A stretch of DNA of 64,000 nt from Gemmataceae bacterium (GTDB lineage Bacteria > Planctomycetota > Planctomycetia > Gemmatales > Gemmataceae). This document shows positions 26,612-36,804 of the stretch, one piece after another (positions within the stretch are counted from its first letter, which is position 1; every line of letters starts with the position of its first letter). The notes under the pieces were generated by a model that did no database searches, was not told the origin of the DNA, and saw nothing but the letters and a program-made list of their open reading frames with translations. The translations under genes were made by a program, and so were the position numbers. The stretch covers positions 3,665-67,664 of the forward strand of contig JAQGHQ010000390.1 in assembly GCA_028288765.1 (NCBI GenBank), given 5' to 3'.

Positions 26612-27949
26612 TCACCGGAGTTGCAGCACCGCCGGGATGCCGTACAGCGGCAGGAGCGTGATCTGCGGGTTCACGTCGATCACGGCATCGTCCGTCAGGG
26701 TGAACCGGTACCGCTGGCCGACCGCGGCCAGGATGAGCGTCGCCTCCATCAGGGCGAACGTGTTCCCGATGCACACCCGCGGGCCGCCGCCGAACGGGTA
26801 GTACGCGTACTTCGGCAGCCGCTTCGCCAGCCCGTCCGTCCACCGCTCGGGGCGGAACTCCTCCGGGTCCGGGAAGTACCGCGGGTCGCGGTGGCTCACC
26901 CACTGGCTCATGAAGATCGTGTACCCCTTCTTCACCCGGTACCCGCCGAGCTCCAGATCGGTCGTCGCCTCCCGGCCGATCAGGTACACCGGCGGGTACA
27001 CCCGCATCGCCTCGGTGATCACGGCCTCCGTGTACGGCAGGTGCGGGAAGTCGTCCGGGGTCGGGGCCCGGCCGCCGAGGACCCGCCGCCACTCCGCCAC
27101 GAGCTTCTCTTCCACCCGCGGGTGCCGGGCCAGGAGTACCCAGCTCCACGACAGCGTCAGGGCCGTCGTCTCGTGCCCGGCGAGGTAGAGCGTCATCGCC
27201 TCGTCGCGCAGCTGCCGGTCGGTCATCCGCGTCCCGTCCTCGTCCTGGGCCGCGACCAGACGGGAGAGCAGGTCGTCGCCGGGCTCCTTCCGGGCCCGGC
27301 CGGCGGCGATGAACCCGTCGACCACCCGGTTCAGGGACGCGACCGCCCGCTTCAGCCGGAGGTTCCTCGGGGTCGGCAGCCAGGACGGGAGCCGGATCAG
27401 GGACCGGAACCGGGCGCTCATCAGGTCGAACGCCTGGCGGAGGGTGTTGACGAACGTCTCGCGGTCTTCCTGGTCGTCGAGGCCGAACAGGGTCTTCAGC
27501 GCGATCGCGCTGGTCAGCCCGCTGAACTCGAAGTGGACGTCGACCAGCTCCCCCGGCCGCCAGCCGGCGAGCATCCGGCGGGTGAGCTCGCCCATCACCG
27601 GGGCGTAGGAGAGGACGCGGCTCTTGAGGAACGCCGGCTGGGCCAGCCGCCGCTGGCGGAGCCAGAAGTCGCCCTCGCTGGTGACCAGCCCGTTTCCGAG
27701 GACCGGCTTGTACATCCGGGCCCCGAAGTGCTTGATGTAGTGTTTGGCGTCCGTGACCAGGACCTGTTCGATCAGGTCCGGGTGGCTCGCGAGGAACATC
27801 CGCCGGGGGCCGAACCGGAAGCTCGCGAGGTCGCCGTGGGTGCGGGCGACGTCGAGGAAGAAGCCGAGCCGGCGGGTCATGAACTGGCGGAGGTTCCCGC
27901 CGATGAGCGTGCCCTTCGGGCCGGGCGGGAGCGCGTTCGACGGCGGCAT
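26612..27949 (-). CDS. Cytochrome P450
   Basis: LAGHETT (I helix), EAMR (ExxR), F.PERW, FGGGPRVCIG heme ligand. Confidence 0.96.
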   Translation of the reverse strand: MPPSNALPPGPKGTLIGGNLRQFMTRRLGFFLDVARTHGDLASFRFGPRRMFLASHPDLIEQVLVTDAKHYIKHFGARMYKPVLGNGLVTSEGDFWLRQRRLAQPAFLKSRVLSYAPVMGELTRRMLAGWRPGELVDVHFEFSGLTSAIALKTLFGLDDQEDRETFVNTLRQAFDLMSARFRSLIRLPSWLPTPRNLRLKRAVASLNRVVDGFIAAGRARKEPGDDLLSRLVAAQDEDGTRMTDRQLRDEAMTLYLAGHETTALTLSWSWVLLARHPRVEEKLVAEWRRVLGGRAPTPDDFPHLPYTEAVITEAMRVYPPVYLIGREATTDLELGGYRVKKGYTIFMSQWVSHRDPRYFPDPEEFRPERWTDGLAKRLPKYAYYPFGGGPRVCIGNTFALMEATLILAAVGQRYRFTLTDDAVIDVNPQITLLPLYGIPAVLQLR

Positions 27950-28127
27950 GCGGCGGCGTCCTGCGGGCGGTGACGGGGCAGCTCTCAGTCTAGCAGCCTC
28001 CCCGCAACCCGGCGCGGCCGGCCGGTCCGGCCGCCTTCCCCGGCCGAACCCACCCCCGTTGCTCTCGTGCCCTGTATTGTCCTACACTGGAAGGACACAG
28101 CTGCGCCGCACCCGAGGGTTCCCCGCC

Positions 28128-28811
28128 GTGTCCACCCCGTTGCTGCTCGAGTTGTACGACCGCCTCCCCCCGCTTCACCCCGGTGACGACGAGGAACTGT
28201 GGGCGGCCGGGGCCCGCGACGCCATGCGCGATTTCCGGACCGCGATGAAGGAGCGGTACACGGAGGGCACCCTCGCCCGGCTGCTGCGGGCGCAGAACGA
28301 GCGGACCCGCCGGGCCGCCGTCCTGGCCCTCGGGCTGGTCGGCACGATGCAGTCGAACGCGGCCGTCGCCGGGATGCTCCGGGACGAGGACCCGCTCGTC
28401 CAGCGGTTCGCGTCCGACGCCCTCTGGGAGATCTGGTTCCGGGGCGGCACCACCGACCAGAACTGGAGCCTGCAGCAGGCGGTCCGCAAGGACGACCGGG
28501 CCGCCCTCGACGACCTGATCGCCCGCGCGCCGGAGTTCGCCGAGGTGTACAACCAACGGGCGATCTGGTTCTTCAAGCGGGGCGAGTTCTCCCGGGCGGT
28601 CGCGGACTGCGAGGTGGCCCTGCGGCTCAACCCGTTCCACTTCGGGGCGGCGGCCGGGCTCGGCCAGTGCTACCTGAAGATGAAGAAGACGCGGTCGGCC
28701 CTGCGGGCGTTCCGCCAGGCGGTCGAGATCAACCCGACCTTCGACCACCTCAACGACACCATCCGGGCGCTCGAAGAGGCCCTCGACAACGGCTCCCGGG
28801 ACGGCGAGTAG
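28128..28811 (+). CDS. HEAT/TPR repeat protein
   Basis: GTG start; RAAVLALGLVG, ALWEIW, PEFAEVYNQRA, NPFHFGAAAGLGQCY, AFRQAVEINP. Confidence 0.8.
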   Translation: MSTPLLLELYDRLPPLHPGDDEELWAAGARDAMRDFRTAMKERYTEGTLARLLRAQNERTRRAAVLALGLVGTMQSNAAVAGMLRDEDPLVQRFASDALWEIWFRGGTTDQNWSLQQAVRKDDRAALDDLIARAPEFAEVYNQRAIWFFKRGEFSRAVADCEVALRLNPFHFGAAAGLGQCYLKMKKTRSALRAFRQAVEINPTFDHLNDTIRALEEALDNGSRDGE

Positions 28812-28930
28812 GCGAGAAGGGAGAAGGGATCGAGGCAACCCCCCGCCCCCCCGTGGATTTCGTGCCCGATGTGCTTCGTCTTTTGATCTCTTCTCTACCC
28901 CCTCGGCCCCTCTCCCCTATCCCCTACTCC
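28812..28930. repeat. Degenerate heptamer palindrome (gggagaa / ccctctc)
   Basis: gcgagaagggagaagggatcgagg ... cctcggcccctctcccctatcccctact. Confidence 0.5.
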
Positions 28931-28989
28931 AGACCGCCCCGCTAGCATGAACCCGTGCCACTGGGGTTCCTGCGGGTCGGGGTCACTGC

Positions 28990-30393
28990 ATGCCGCTCCT
29001 TGCCGTCGATTTCGCCACCGTCGGCGCAGCCGTCGCCCTGGCCCTCCTCGGGCTGATCACCGCCGGGGTGGTGGTCAGCTACTTTTCCGGGGTCGTCCCG
29101 ACCGTCAACCGGCATCTCGGGCGGCCGTGGAACCGGGCCACCGTCCTCACCCGCCCGGTGTTGAACTGGGAACGGGTGAACCTGTTTCTCGCGCTCGAAG
29201 CCCTGCGGGCCGAGACCCCGGACGCCCGCCCGGTGATCGGGCTGGGGTACTTCAATGAGCTGACCCCGGCCCTGTCGGCGAATGCGTCCCGCAACACGCC
29301 CCTGGAATTCACCGTCCGCCCGACGTCGCTCCTCGGAACCACCAAGGTCGTGGCCGCCGGGCTGTACCTGCTCCGCCCGCCGGGCCTGCCGCCGTTCGGG
29401 GCCATGCTCTCCCGGACCGCGCTCGACGTGATCGCCCCGACCGCCGAGGAGGCCCAGCGGGCCCTCGACCGGGTGCTCGCCGAGGCCCGGGCGCGGAACG
29501 TCTTCCGCGGGCAGGTGTTGGTGGTCGAGCAGGCCGGGTTCGCCGGGCCGAACGCCGAGCCCGACTTCCAGATCCACTTCCACGACCTGCCGAAGGTGGG
29601 CCGCGAACAGATCATCCTCCCGGACGAGGTGTTGAAGGTCGTCGAGCGGAACGTGATCGGGCTGCTTACCCACGCCGAGACGCTCCGCAAGGCCGGCCGG
29701 AGCACCCGCCACGGGGTCCTGTTCCACGGCCCCCCGGGGGTCGGCAAGACGCTGGTGACCAAGTACCTCGCCCGGGCGTGCCCGGACTACACGGTCATCC
29801 TGCTCACCGGCCGCCAGCTCAAGCTGGTCCGCGAGTCGTGCGTGCTGGCCCGGCTGCTCCAGCCGGCGCTCGTGGTGATCGAGGACGTGGACCTGATCGC
29901 CGTCGACCGCGAACAGAGCCTCGACACCACGCTGCTGCACGACCTGATGGACGAGATGGACGGGCTCGGGACGAAGGCGAACGTGATCTTCCTGTTGACC
30001 ACGAACCGCCCCCGGATGCTGGAAAAAGCGCTCGCCGCCCGGCCGGGCCGGGTGGACCAGGCGGTGTACTTCCCGCTCCCGGACCGCGACTGCCGCCGCC
30101 GGCTGTTCGAACACTTCACGCGCGGCCTCGACCTGTCCGGGGTGGACGCCGACCCGCTCCTGGACCGGACCGAAGGGGCGAGCCCGGCGTTCATCGAGGA
30201 GCTGTTCCGGAAGGCCGCCCTGATGGCCGCGGAGCGGGGCGAACGCACCGACCCCCTGAAGCTCACGACGGCCGACTTCGAGGCGGCGGTGCGGGAATTG
30301 GTGGAGTTCGGCGGGGCACTGACCCAGCACCTGCTCGGGTACCGGAACGACCCGGACGCGGGTAGCCGCGGGATGGGGTTCGACCCGGGGTGA
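28990..30393 (+). CDS. AAA+ ATPase with N-terminal membrane anchor
   Basis: GPPGVGKT Walker A, VIEDVD Walker B, TTNRP...RPGRVD second region of homology; hydrophobic N-terminus. Confidence 0.9.
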   Translation: MPLLAVDFATVGAAVALALLGLITAGVVVSYFSGVVPTVNRHLGRPWNRATVLTRPVLNWERVNLFLALEALRAETPDARPVIGLGYFNELTPALSANASRNTPLEFTVRPTSLLGTTKVVAAGLYLLRPPGLPPFGAMLSRTALDVIAPTAEEAQRALDRVLAEARARNVFRGQVLVVEQAGFAGPNAEPDFQIHFHDLPKVGREQIILPDEVLKVVERNVIGLLTHAETLRKAGRSTRHGVLFHGPPGVGKTLVTKYLARACPDYTVILLTGRQLKLVRESCVLARLLQPALVVIEDVDLIAVDREQSLDTTLLHDLMDEMDGLGTKANVIFLLTTNRPRMLEKALAARPGRVDQAVYFPLPDRDCRRRLFEHFTRGLDLSGVDADPLLDRTEGASPAFIEELFRKAALMAAERGERTDPLKLTTADFEAAVRELVEFGGALTQHLLGYRNDPDAGSRGMGFDPG

Positions 30394-30550
30394 CCTTCCG
30401 CCCGCCCGCCCGGCGCGGCGGGCATCGATCCGGACGCGGTGTAGCAGCCGGGAGGCTCGTCGCGGGGCAGCCGCGACCCGCGCTGGTCGAGGCCCGGACC
30501 GCCTCCTATTGGTGAAACAAGGACTCCTCGACTCGCGCCCGAGACGCCCG

Positions 30551-31643
30551 ATGGGCTCACCGACCGCACCCGCGGCCGACCCGGCTTCCGCGCCCACGTT
30601 CCGGATCATCACCGCCCTGTCGCACGGTTACGGCGGCGCCGTCGGGGTCCGGCTGTGGACCGGCGAGACCACGGCGCTCGGCATCTCGTCCCCCCCGTTC
30701 ACACTCGTCCTGAAGCACCCGGGCGCCCTCCGGGCGATGTTCTGGCCGTTCGACCGGGTCGGGCTCGGAGAGGCGTACGTCTTCGACGATTTCGACATCG
30801 AAGGCGACATGTTCGCCTTCACCGACTGGCTCCGTCACATCGTACTCGCGGAGAAGCGGGGCCTGGTCGACAAGCTCCGCCTGCTCTGGGCGCTGAAAAA
30901 GCTCCCGAACCGGAAGAACCCGCGGGACGTGTCGAAGGCCGGCCGACCGACCGGGGGCGACCACAGTTAAGGCCCGCGACCGCGAGGTGGTCGCGTACAC
31001 CTGCGACCTGCCAGGCGGGTTCTACCACCTGTTCCTCGACAAGAACCTGCAGTACACCTGCGGGTACTTCGCCCGCCCGGACGAGGACTTCGACGCCGCC
31101 CAGGGGCGGAAGATGGACGACATCTGCCGGAAGCTCCGGCTGAAGCCGGGCGACCGGTTTGTGGATTTCGGGTGCGGATGGGGCGGGCTCCTCGTCTATG
31201 CGGCAAAACACTATGGGGTCGAGGCGGTGGGCGTTACCCTCTCCGGCGCGCAGGCGAAGAGGGCCGAACGGACGGTCGCGGAGGCGGGGCTCGCGGGCCG
31301 GGCGCGAATCGTCCTGAGCGACTACCGGGACTTCCGCGCGCAGGAGGCGTTCGACGCTGGTGCAGGAGAGCGCGGCCCTGGCCGGGCTGGAAATCCGGGA
31401 CGTGGAGAACCTGCGGGAACACTACGTCCTCACGCTGGAGAACTGGGCGCGGCGGCTGGAAGCGAACCGCGACCGGGTGTTGTCTCTGGTCGGCGAGGTG
31501 AGCTACCGCGTCTTCCGCATCTACATGCGGGCGCGACCCTCGGATTCCGGTACGGGACCTACGGGCTGAACCAGTGCCTGGTGGTGAGACCCGACGGCGG
31601 CCGGGCCGGGTTACCGCTGACCCGGGCGGACTGGTACCGGTGA
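30551..31643 (+). pseudogene. cfa: Cyclopropane-fatty-acyl-phospholipid synthase family methyltransferase, degraded
   Basis: LGEAYVFDDFDIEGD; +1 shift at about 30968; FY.LFLD..LQYTCGYF, KMDDICRKL.LKPG..DFGCGWGG; junction FDA to LVQESAALAG at about 31355 lacks the SVGMFEH/FPGG segment; REHYVLTLENW..RL; further shift at about 31535. Confidence 0.88.
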
Positions 31644-31845
31644 GCACCGGCCGAAACGGCGCCCGGTCGGGAATCCGGGGCCGGCGAAATCGGTATTACT
31701 AAAATTCGTGTGAGCCACCCGACCGCTCGCCCCTCAGGGCCCCGGATCGTACCCGCCGCGTGAGCGGGATGGGGCCGCCGGCACGATGATCGTGTCACCC
31801 GGCAAAGGGGACGGACGCCCCGCCCACCCCGAGCTAAATCTACCC

Positions 31846-32667
31846 ATGTCCGCAACCGTGCCCGACGGCCCCGCGCTCAACAAAGAGATCTGGAAGATTT
31901 ACCGCGAGTTCTTCGACCTCGCCGAGCGCCGCCGGCGGTGGTCGCTCGAGCGCGACATCCCCTGGGACCAGTGCAACCCGAACACGTCCCGGGCGGTCGC
32001 CGACGTCGTCGAGTCGTTCTGCGCGGTCGAGCTGTTCCTGCCCGACTACGTCGGGAAAGCCCTGCCGATGACCCGGGGCATCCGGGGCCGGGCGTGGTTC
32101 CTGGCCAACTGGGGGTACGAGGAGTCGAAGCACTCGCTCGTCCTGCAGGAATGGCTGGTCCGGTCCGGTGCCCGGACCGAAGCCCAGATCGAGGAGATCT
32201 CGAACTGGGCGGTGGTCGGCGAGTGGCACCTCCCGGCCGACGACGTCCGCGGGATGACGTGCTACACGATGTGCCAGGAGCTGGCCACCTGGCTGCACTA
32301 CCGGAACCTCCGCCGGATCGTCGGGGAGACCGACCCGGCCCTGAACAAGATCCTGGCGCTGGTGAGCATTGATGAGCGGGCCCACTACGACTTCTACTTG
32401 AAGGTGATGAAGCTGCACCTGGAGGACGACCGGGCCGGGACGCTCGAACAGCTCAAGCGGGTGCTGAACGGGTTCTCGATGCCGGCCACCCACCTGCTCG
32501 CCGACAGCGCGAAGCGGGCGGCGGCGGTGCGGAGCCTGAACATCTTCAACGAGAACCTGTTCTACGCGGACGTGCTGGTGCCGATCATGGACGCCCTCGG
32601 GATCGAAAAGGCCGAGCTTCGCAACCGGGCGATGCAGAAGAAAAGCCTGCCCGCCCCGACTCCGTGA
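31846..32667 (+). CDS. Acyl-ACP desaturase (ferritin-like diiron)
   Basis: W.YEESKH, QELAT...YRN, IDERAH. Confidence 0.9.
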   Translation: MSATVPDGPALNKEIWKIYREFFDLAERRRRWSLERDIPWDQCNPNTSRAVADVVESFCAVELFLPDYVGKALPMTRGIRGRAWFLANWGYEESKHSLVLQEWLVRSGARTEAQIEEISNWAVVGEWHLPADDVRGMTCYTMCQELATWLHYRNLRRIVGETDPALNKILALVSIDERAHYDFYLKVMKLHLEDDRAGTLEQLKRVLNGFSMPATHLLADSAKRAAAVRSLNIFNENLFYADVLVPIMDALGIEKAELRNRAMQKKSLPAPTP

Positions 32668-32795
32668 CCCGATGACGATCGTGTTGGACCCGTGAGCGGG
32701 GGCCTGTGCCCCCGCTCGCGTTTTTGGGGTCGCGGTTGAAACCGGAAGGCGTTTTCGGTTGCCCCCTGGGAATAGTTCGTCCCGGGGGTCGTGCG

Positions 32796-33752
32796 ATGAA
32801 GGTGGTTATTCCCGGCGGGAGCGGGCAGGTCGGGGCGATCGTCGCCCGCCACTTCCACGCCGGCGGGCACGAGGTCGTCGTCCTCAGCCGGTCGCCGGCT
32901 TCGGCCGCGTGGCGGGTCGTGCCGTGGGACGCGGTGACCGTCGGCCCGTGGGCGGCGGAACTCGACGGCGCCGACGTCGTCATCAACCTCGCCGGGCGGA
33001 GCGTGAACTGCCGGTACACCGCCGCCAACCGCCGGGCGATCCTCGACTCCCGCGTCGAGTCCACCCGGGCCGTCGGCCGGGCGATCGTCCGCGCCGCCCG
33101 CCCGCCGCGGGTGTGGCTCCAGGCGGGTACCGCGACCATCTACGCCCACTCGCTCGACGCGCCCAATGACGAGGACACCGGCGCCGTCGGGGGCTCGGAG
33201 CCCGACGCGCCGGACACCTGGAAATTCAGTATCGACGTGGCAACGGCGTGGGAACGGGCTCTGGCCGAAGCCGAAACGCCGGGCACACGAAAGGTGTCGC
33301 TGCGGGCGGCGATGACGATGAGCCCGGGTCACGGCGGGGTGTTCGACGTCCTGCTCCGGCTGGTCCGGTGGGGGCTCGGCGGGCGGGCCGGCGACGGCCG
33401 GCAGTACGTCTCCTGGGTCCACGACCGCGACTTCGTCCGCGCGGTGTCGTGGCTGATCGACCACGCGGACCTGGCCGGCCCCGTAAACATCTGCGCCCCG
33501 AACCCGCTCCCGAACGCGGAGTTCATGCGGGCCTTGCGGGGCGCGTGGGGCGTCCGGTTCGGGCTCCCGGCGGCGCGGTGGATGCTCGAACCCGGGACCT
33601 GGGCGCTGCGGACGGAGACGGAACTCGTCCTGAAGAGCCGGCGGGTGGTGCCGGGCCGGCTGTTGCGAAGCGGGTTCGCCTTCGACTTCCCGACGTGGCC
33701 CGAGGCCGCCGGCGACCTGTGCCGCCGGTGGCGCGACCGCCGGGCCGAGTAA
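32796..33752 (+). CDS. TIGR01777-like NAD-dependent epimerase/oxidoreductase
   Basis: VVIPGGSGQVG, VINLAGRS, SRVEST, GDGRQYVSWVH, GPVN..APNP..N.EF, LVLKSRRVVP.RLL..GF.F. Confidence 0.92.
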   Translation: MKVVIPGGSGQVGAIVARHFHAGGHEVVVLSRSPASAAWRVVPWDAVTVGPWAAELDGADVVINLAGRSVNCRYTAANRRAILDSRVESTRAVGRAIVRAARPPRVWLQAGTATIYAHSLDAPNDEDTGAVGGSEPDAPDTWKFSIDVATAWERALAEAETPGTRKVSLRAAMTMSPGHGGVFDVLLRLVRWGLGGRAGDGRQYVSWVHDRDFVRAVSWLIDHADLAGPVNICAPNPLPNAEFMRALRGAWGVRFGLPAARWMLEPGTWALRTETELVLKSRRVVPGRLLRSGFAFDFPTWPEAAGDLCRRWRDRRAE

Positions 33753-33938
33753 CACCGCCACCGAGGGACGGGCAGGGCCTGCCCGTGTTCGGGCGGCCGA
33801 CGGCCGGACTCACCGGGAACGAAGCCCCGACCACCCACGCCTGTCCCCTCCGCCGCCCCCGGTTCCGGTATATCTTCTTGCGGATTCCGTCAGGGTGGCG
33901 GACAATCACTCCGCCCACCCCCTGGTGTAGAAACCTCA

Positions 33939-36614
33939 ATGCCCTCATCCGTTCGCACGCATCTCGGTCGGACCGCCCCCCTCCTACTGCTCGTCGTGGC
34001 CGCCACGGGTGTGCCCGAAGCGAAGTCGTTCCGGGTCGCCCCGACGGACGATCCGGCGCTGGTCCCGTGGCCGCGGACCGTCACGGTCGGCGGGGGTGAG
34101 ATGCCGCTCACCGCCGGGAGCCGGGTCGTCGCCGGGGACGCCAAGCTGATCCCGCTGGCCCGGATCCTCGCGGGCGAGATCGAGCGGGCCACCGGACTGC
34201 CACTGGTCCCGGCGGGCGGACCGGCTGCCGACGGCGACATCGAACTCGCGTTCGACCCCGCCCTGACGGGCGAAGCGTACTCGCTGACCGTGGCCGCCCG
34301 CGCGGCCGTCCGGGGCGGGGATTATGACGCGGTCGCGCAGGGCACCGTCACCCTTCTGCAAGCTCTCCGGAACGTGGACGGCCGGGTGCACCTCCCCCGG
34401 CTGAAGGTCGAGGACCGGCCGACCTTCACCTACCGCGGGGCCATGCTCGACGTGGCCCGCAAACCGCACTCGATCGCCACCCTCAAACAGTGCGTCGAGG
34501 TTTGCCGGTTCTACAAGATTCGCTACCTCCAGCTCCACATGACCGACGAGAACGCCTGGACCTTCCCGTCGACCGCGTTCCCGAAGCTCGGGTCCGAGAA
34601 CTTCGCCTGGGCCGGGGGGGAGAAACCCACCGTCTACAAGCTCGACGAGCTGAGGGAGCTGGTCGCCTACGCCGACGCCCGGGGGGTGACACTGGTCCCC
34701 GAACTGGAAGTGCCCGGCCACAGCGGCCACCTCCGGGGCACGCTGCCGGAGGTGTTCGGATATACCGACGCCGCCGGCAAGACGGTCACCCTGGGCGTCG
34801 TGAACATCGTCCGGGAGGAAGCCTTCCAGGCCCTCGACACGCTGGCCGGTGAGGCGGCCGCGATCTTCCGGTCGTCGCCGTTCATCCATTTCGGGTGCGA
34901 CGAGGCGTCGCTCGGCGGGGTGGCGGAGATGCCCGAGGTCAAGGCGTTCATGGCCCGGCACAAGCTCGACTCGGCGGACGCGGTGTTCAACGCGTTCGTG
35001 AACCGGCTGCACGCGATCGGGAAGAAGCACGGGAAGCGGGTGATCGTCTGGGAGGGCGCGCCGCTTCACCCGGCCGCCCCGCCGAAGGACCTCGTCGTGA
35101 TGCCGTGGGTGGGCGGCAGTACCCTCGCCGAGAGATTGGTGAAGGACGGGTACGGGGTGGTGAACGCCCCGTGGGGGGTGAAGGGGCCGCAGTTCGACCC
35201 GTTCCTCGTGAACGGCGCGCGGGTCCTACCCGGGGAGCCGGCCCTCCTCGGGGCGACGCTCCTCCTCTGGCAACAGCCGCAGGACGCGGCGGTCCCGTTC
35301 CTCCGCCAGATCGGGGGCCTCCGGGCCGAGCCGACGTACAACCCCGACACCGGCCGGGGTCTGCCGGACCTCGTCCGGAGACTCCGGGCGACCGACCCTC
35401 TCCTCGACCGCCTCCTCGCCGGGTGTACCGTCCGCACGGCCGGGGCGTTCGAGTCGGCGGACGCGGCCCGGCTGGACGTGCGGTTCACCGACCCCGTCCG
35501 GGCGACCCTGGACACCGCCCTCCGAGCCGGGGCCGTGCGCTACACCCTCGACGGGGGCGAGCCGACCGCGACCTCCCGGGCGTATACCGCCCCCATCCCG
35601 TTCACCCGCTCGGCCACCCTGAAGGCCCGCTGGTTTTCCGCGGCCGGCGTCCCCGGGCCGTTCCCCCTGGTGCGGGAGGTCCGCCGGCTGCCGACCGTCC
35701 GGCACGCCGCCGTCGGGGCGGCGGTCACGTTCACTCCCACCCAGCCCGGCTACTACGGCCCCGGCCCGAAGGGGCTGACCGACGGCCTGCACGCCGAGGG
35801 GGACGAGGCGGCGTCGGCCGGGTGGGTCGGGTGGGAACGGGGCGGCGAGCCGGTCCGGGTCGTGGTCGACCTCGGGCAAGCGGTGAAGGTCCGGAGCCTC
35901 GCCGGGCACTTCCTGCGGGCCGGGGGCGGGATCGACGTGCCGGACACGGTGAGCTTCGAACTCTCGGCAGACGGGAAGGAGTACACGCCGGCGGGCCGGG
36001 TGGGGCACAAGACCGGCCTGCTCCGGGGGGGCTGGTTCGTCGCGGACGTCCCGGACACGTCCGCCCGGTTCGTCCGGCTGACCGCGACCGCGGGCGGGGA
36101 CTGGACGTTCCTCGACGAGGTGGCAGTGAACCCGGTCTTTCCCGGCCCGGACCTCAGGCACGCGGCCCTCGGCCGACCGGTCGTGCTCGCGCACCCGCCG
36201 GCGGACGTTTATTCCGCGCCGGGGGTCGGCGGGCTGACGGACGGGGTGGTCGGGCGGTCGCCGGACTTCCTCAACCCACAGTGGCTCGGGGTCGAGGGGA
36301 AGAACATCGACGCCACGATCGACCTGGGCCGGGTGATCGAGGTGCGGGAGGTGGGGGCGAACTTTCTCCAATACGTCGGGGCGGGGATCCAGATCCCGGG
36401 GGTGGTGGACGTGTTCGTGTCCGAAGACGGGAAGGCGTTCGCCCGGGCGGGTACGATCAAGCACGCCGCGAACAACCGGGCGGCGTACATCGAGACCCTC
36501 CGGCTCGACCTCGCCGGGGTCAAGGCCCGGTTCGTCCGGGTGGTCGCCCACACGAACGGGCAGTGGTTGTTCGCGGACGAACTGTTCGTGAACCGGGACA
36601 GGTCCGGAGAGTAA
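33939..36614 (+). CDS. Secreted GH20 beta-N-acetylhexosaminidase with chitobiase/FN3-like and two F5/8-type (discoidin-like) domains
   Basis: Signal peptide; YRGAMLDVARK, LHMTD, VPELEVPGHS, HFGCDE; RYTLDGGEPT..S..YTAPI; GLTDG...W.G...VDLG twice. Confidence 0.9.
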   Translation: MPSSVRTHLGRTAPLLLLVVAATGVPEAKSFRVAPTDDPALVPWPRTVTVGGGEMPLTAGSRVVAGDAKLIPLARILAGEIERATGLPLVPAGGPAADGDIELAFDPALTGEAYSLTVAARAAVRGGDYDAVAQGTVTLLQALRNVDGRVHLPRLKVEDRPTFTYRGAMLDVARKPHSIATLKQCVEVCRFYKIRYLQLHMTDENAWTFPSTAFPKLGSENFAWAGGEKPTVYKLDELRELVAYADARGVTLVPELEVPGHSGHLRGTLPEVFGYTDAAGKTVTLGVVNIVREEAFQALDTLAGEAAAIFRSSPFIHFGCDEASLGGVAEMPEVKAFMARHKLDSADAVFNAFVNRLHAIGKKHGKRVIVWEGAPLHPAAPPKDLVVMPWVGGSTLAERLVKDGYGVVNAPWGVKGPQFDPFLVNGARVLPGEPALLGATLLLWQQPQDAAVPFLRQIGGLRAEPTYNPDTGRGLPDLVRRLRATDPLLDRLLAGCTVRTAGAFESADAARLDVRFTDPVRATLDTALRAGAVRYTLDGGEPTATSRAYTAPIPFTRSATLKARWFSAAGVPGPFPLVREVRRLPTVRHAAVGAAVTFTPTQPGYYGPGPKGLTDGLHAEGDEAASAGWVGWERGGEPVRVVVDLGQAVKVRSLAGHFLRAGGGIDVPDTVSFELSADGKEYTPAGRVGHKTGLLRGGWFVADVPDTSARFVRLTATAGGDWTFLDEVAVNPVFPGPDLRHAALGRPVVLAHPPADVYSAPGVGGLTDGVVGRSPDFLNPQWLGVEGKNIDATIDLGRVIEVREVGANFLQYVGAGIQIPGVVDVFVSEDGKAFARAGTIKHAANNRAAYIETLRLDLAGVKARFVRVVAHTNGQWLFADELFVNRDRSGE

Positions 36615-36804
36615 GGACGGCCGGCCCCCGGGCCGGATTTGCGAGGGGGCGAGTGACGGCCCGCGGACGCCCGGAGACCCGCCGGATTCCCCCCGATTTG
36701 CTTGACTATTCGCGGAGGCCCGAGCGCAAGAAGTGTCACCCCGAGCGCTTCCCTTATAAAACCCGAAGCACCTCGGGATCGCCCTTCGCCTTCGAAGTCG
36801 CACC

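Noticed and set aside
26612-27949. P450 as marker of a biosynthetic gene cluster
   Set aside because: No PKS, NRPS, terpene cyclase, CDPS or RiPP precursor seen nearby.
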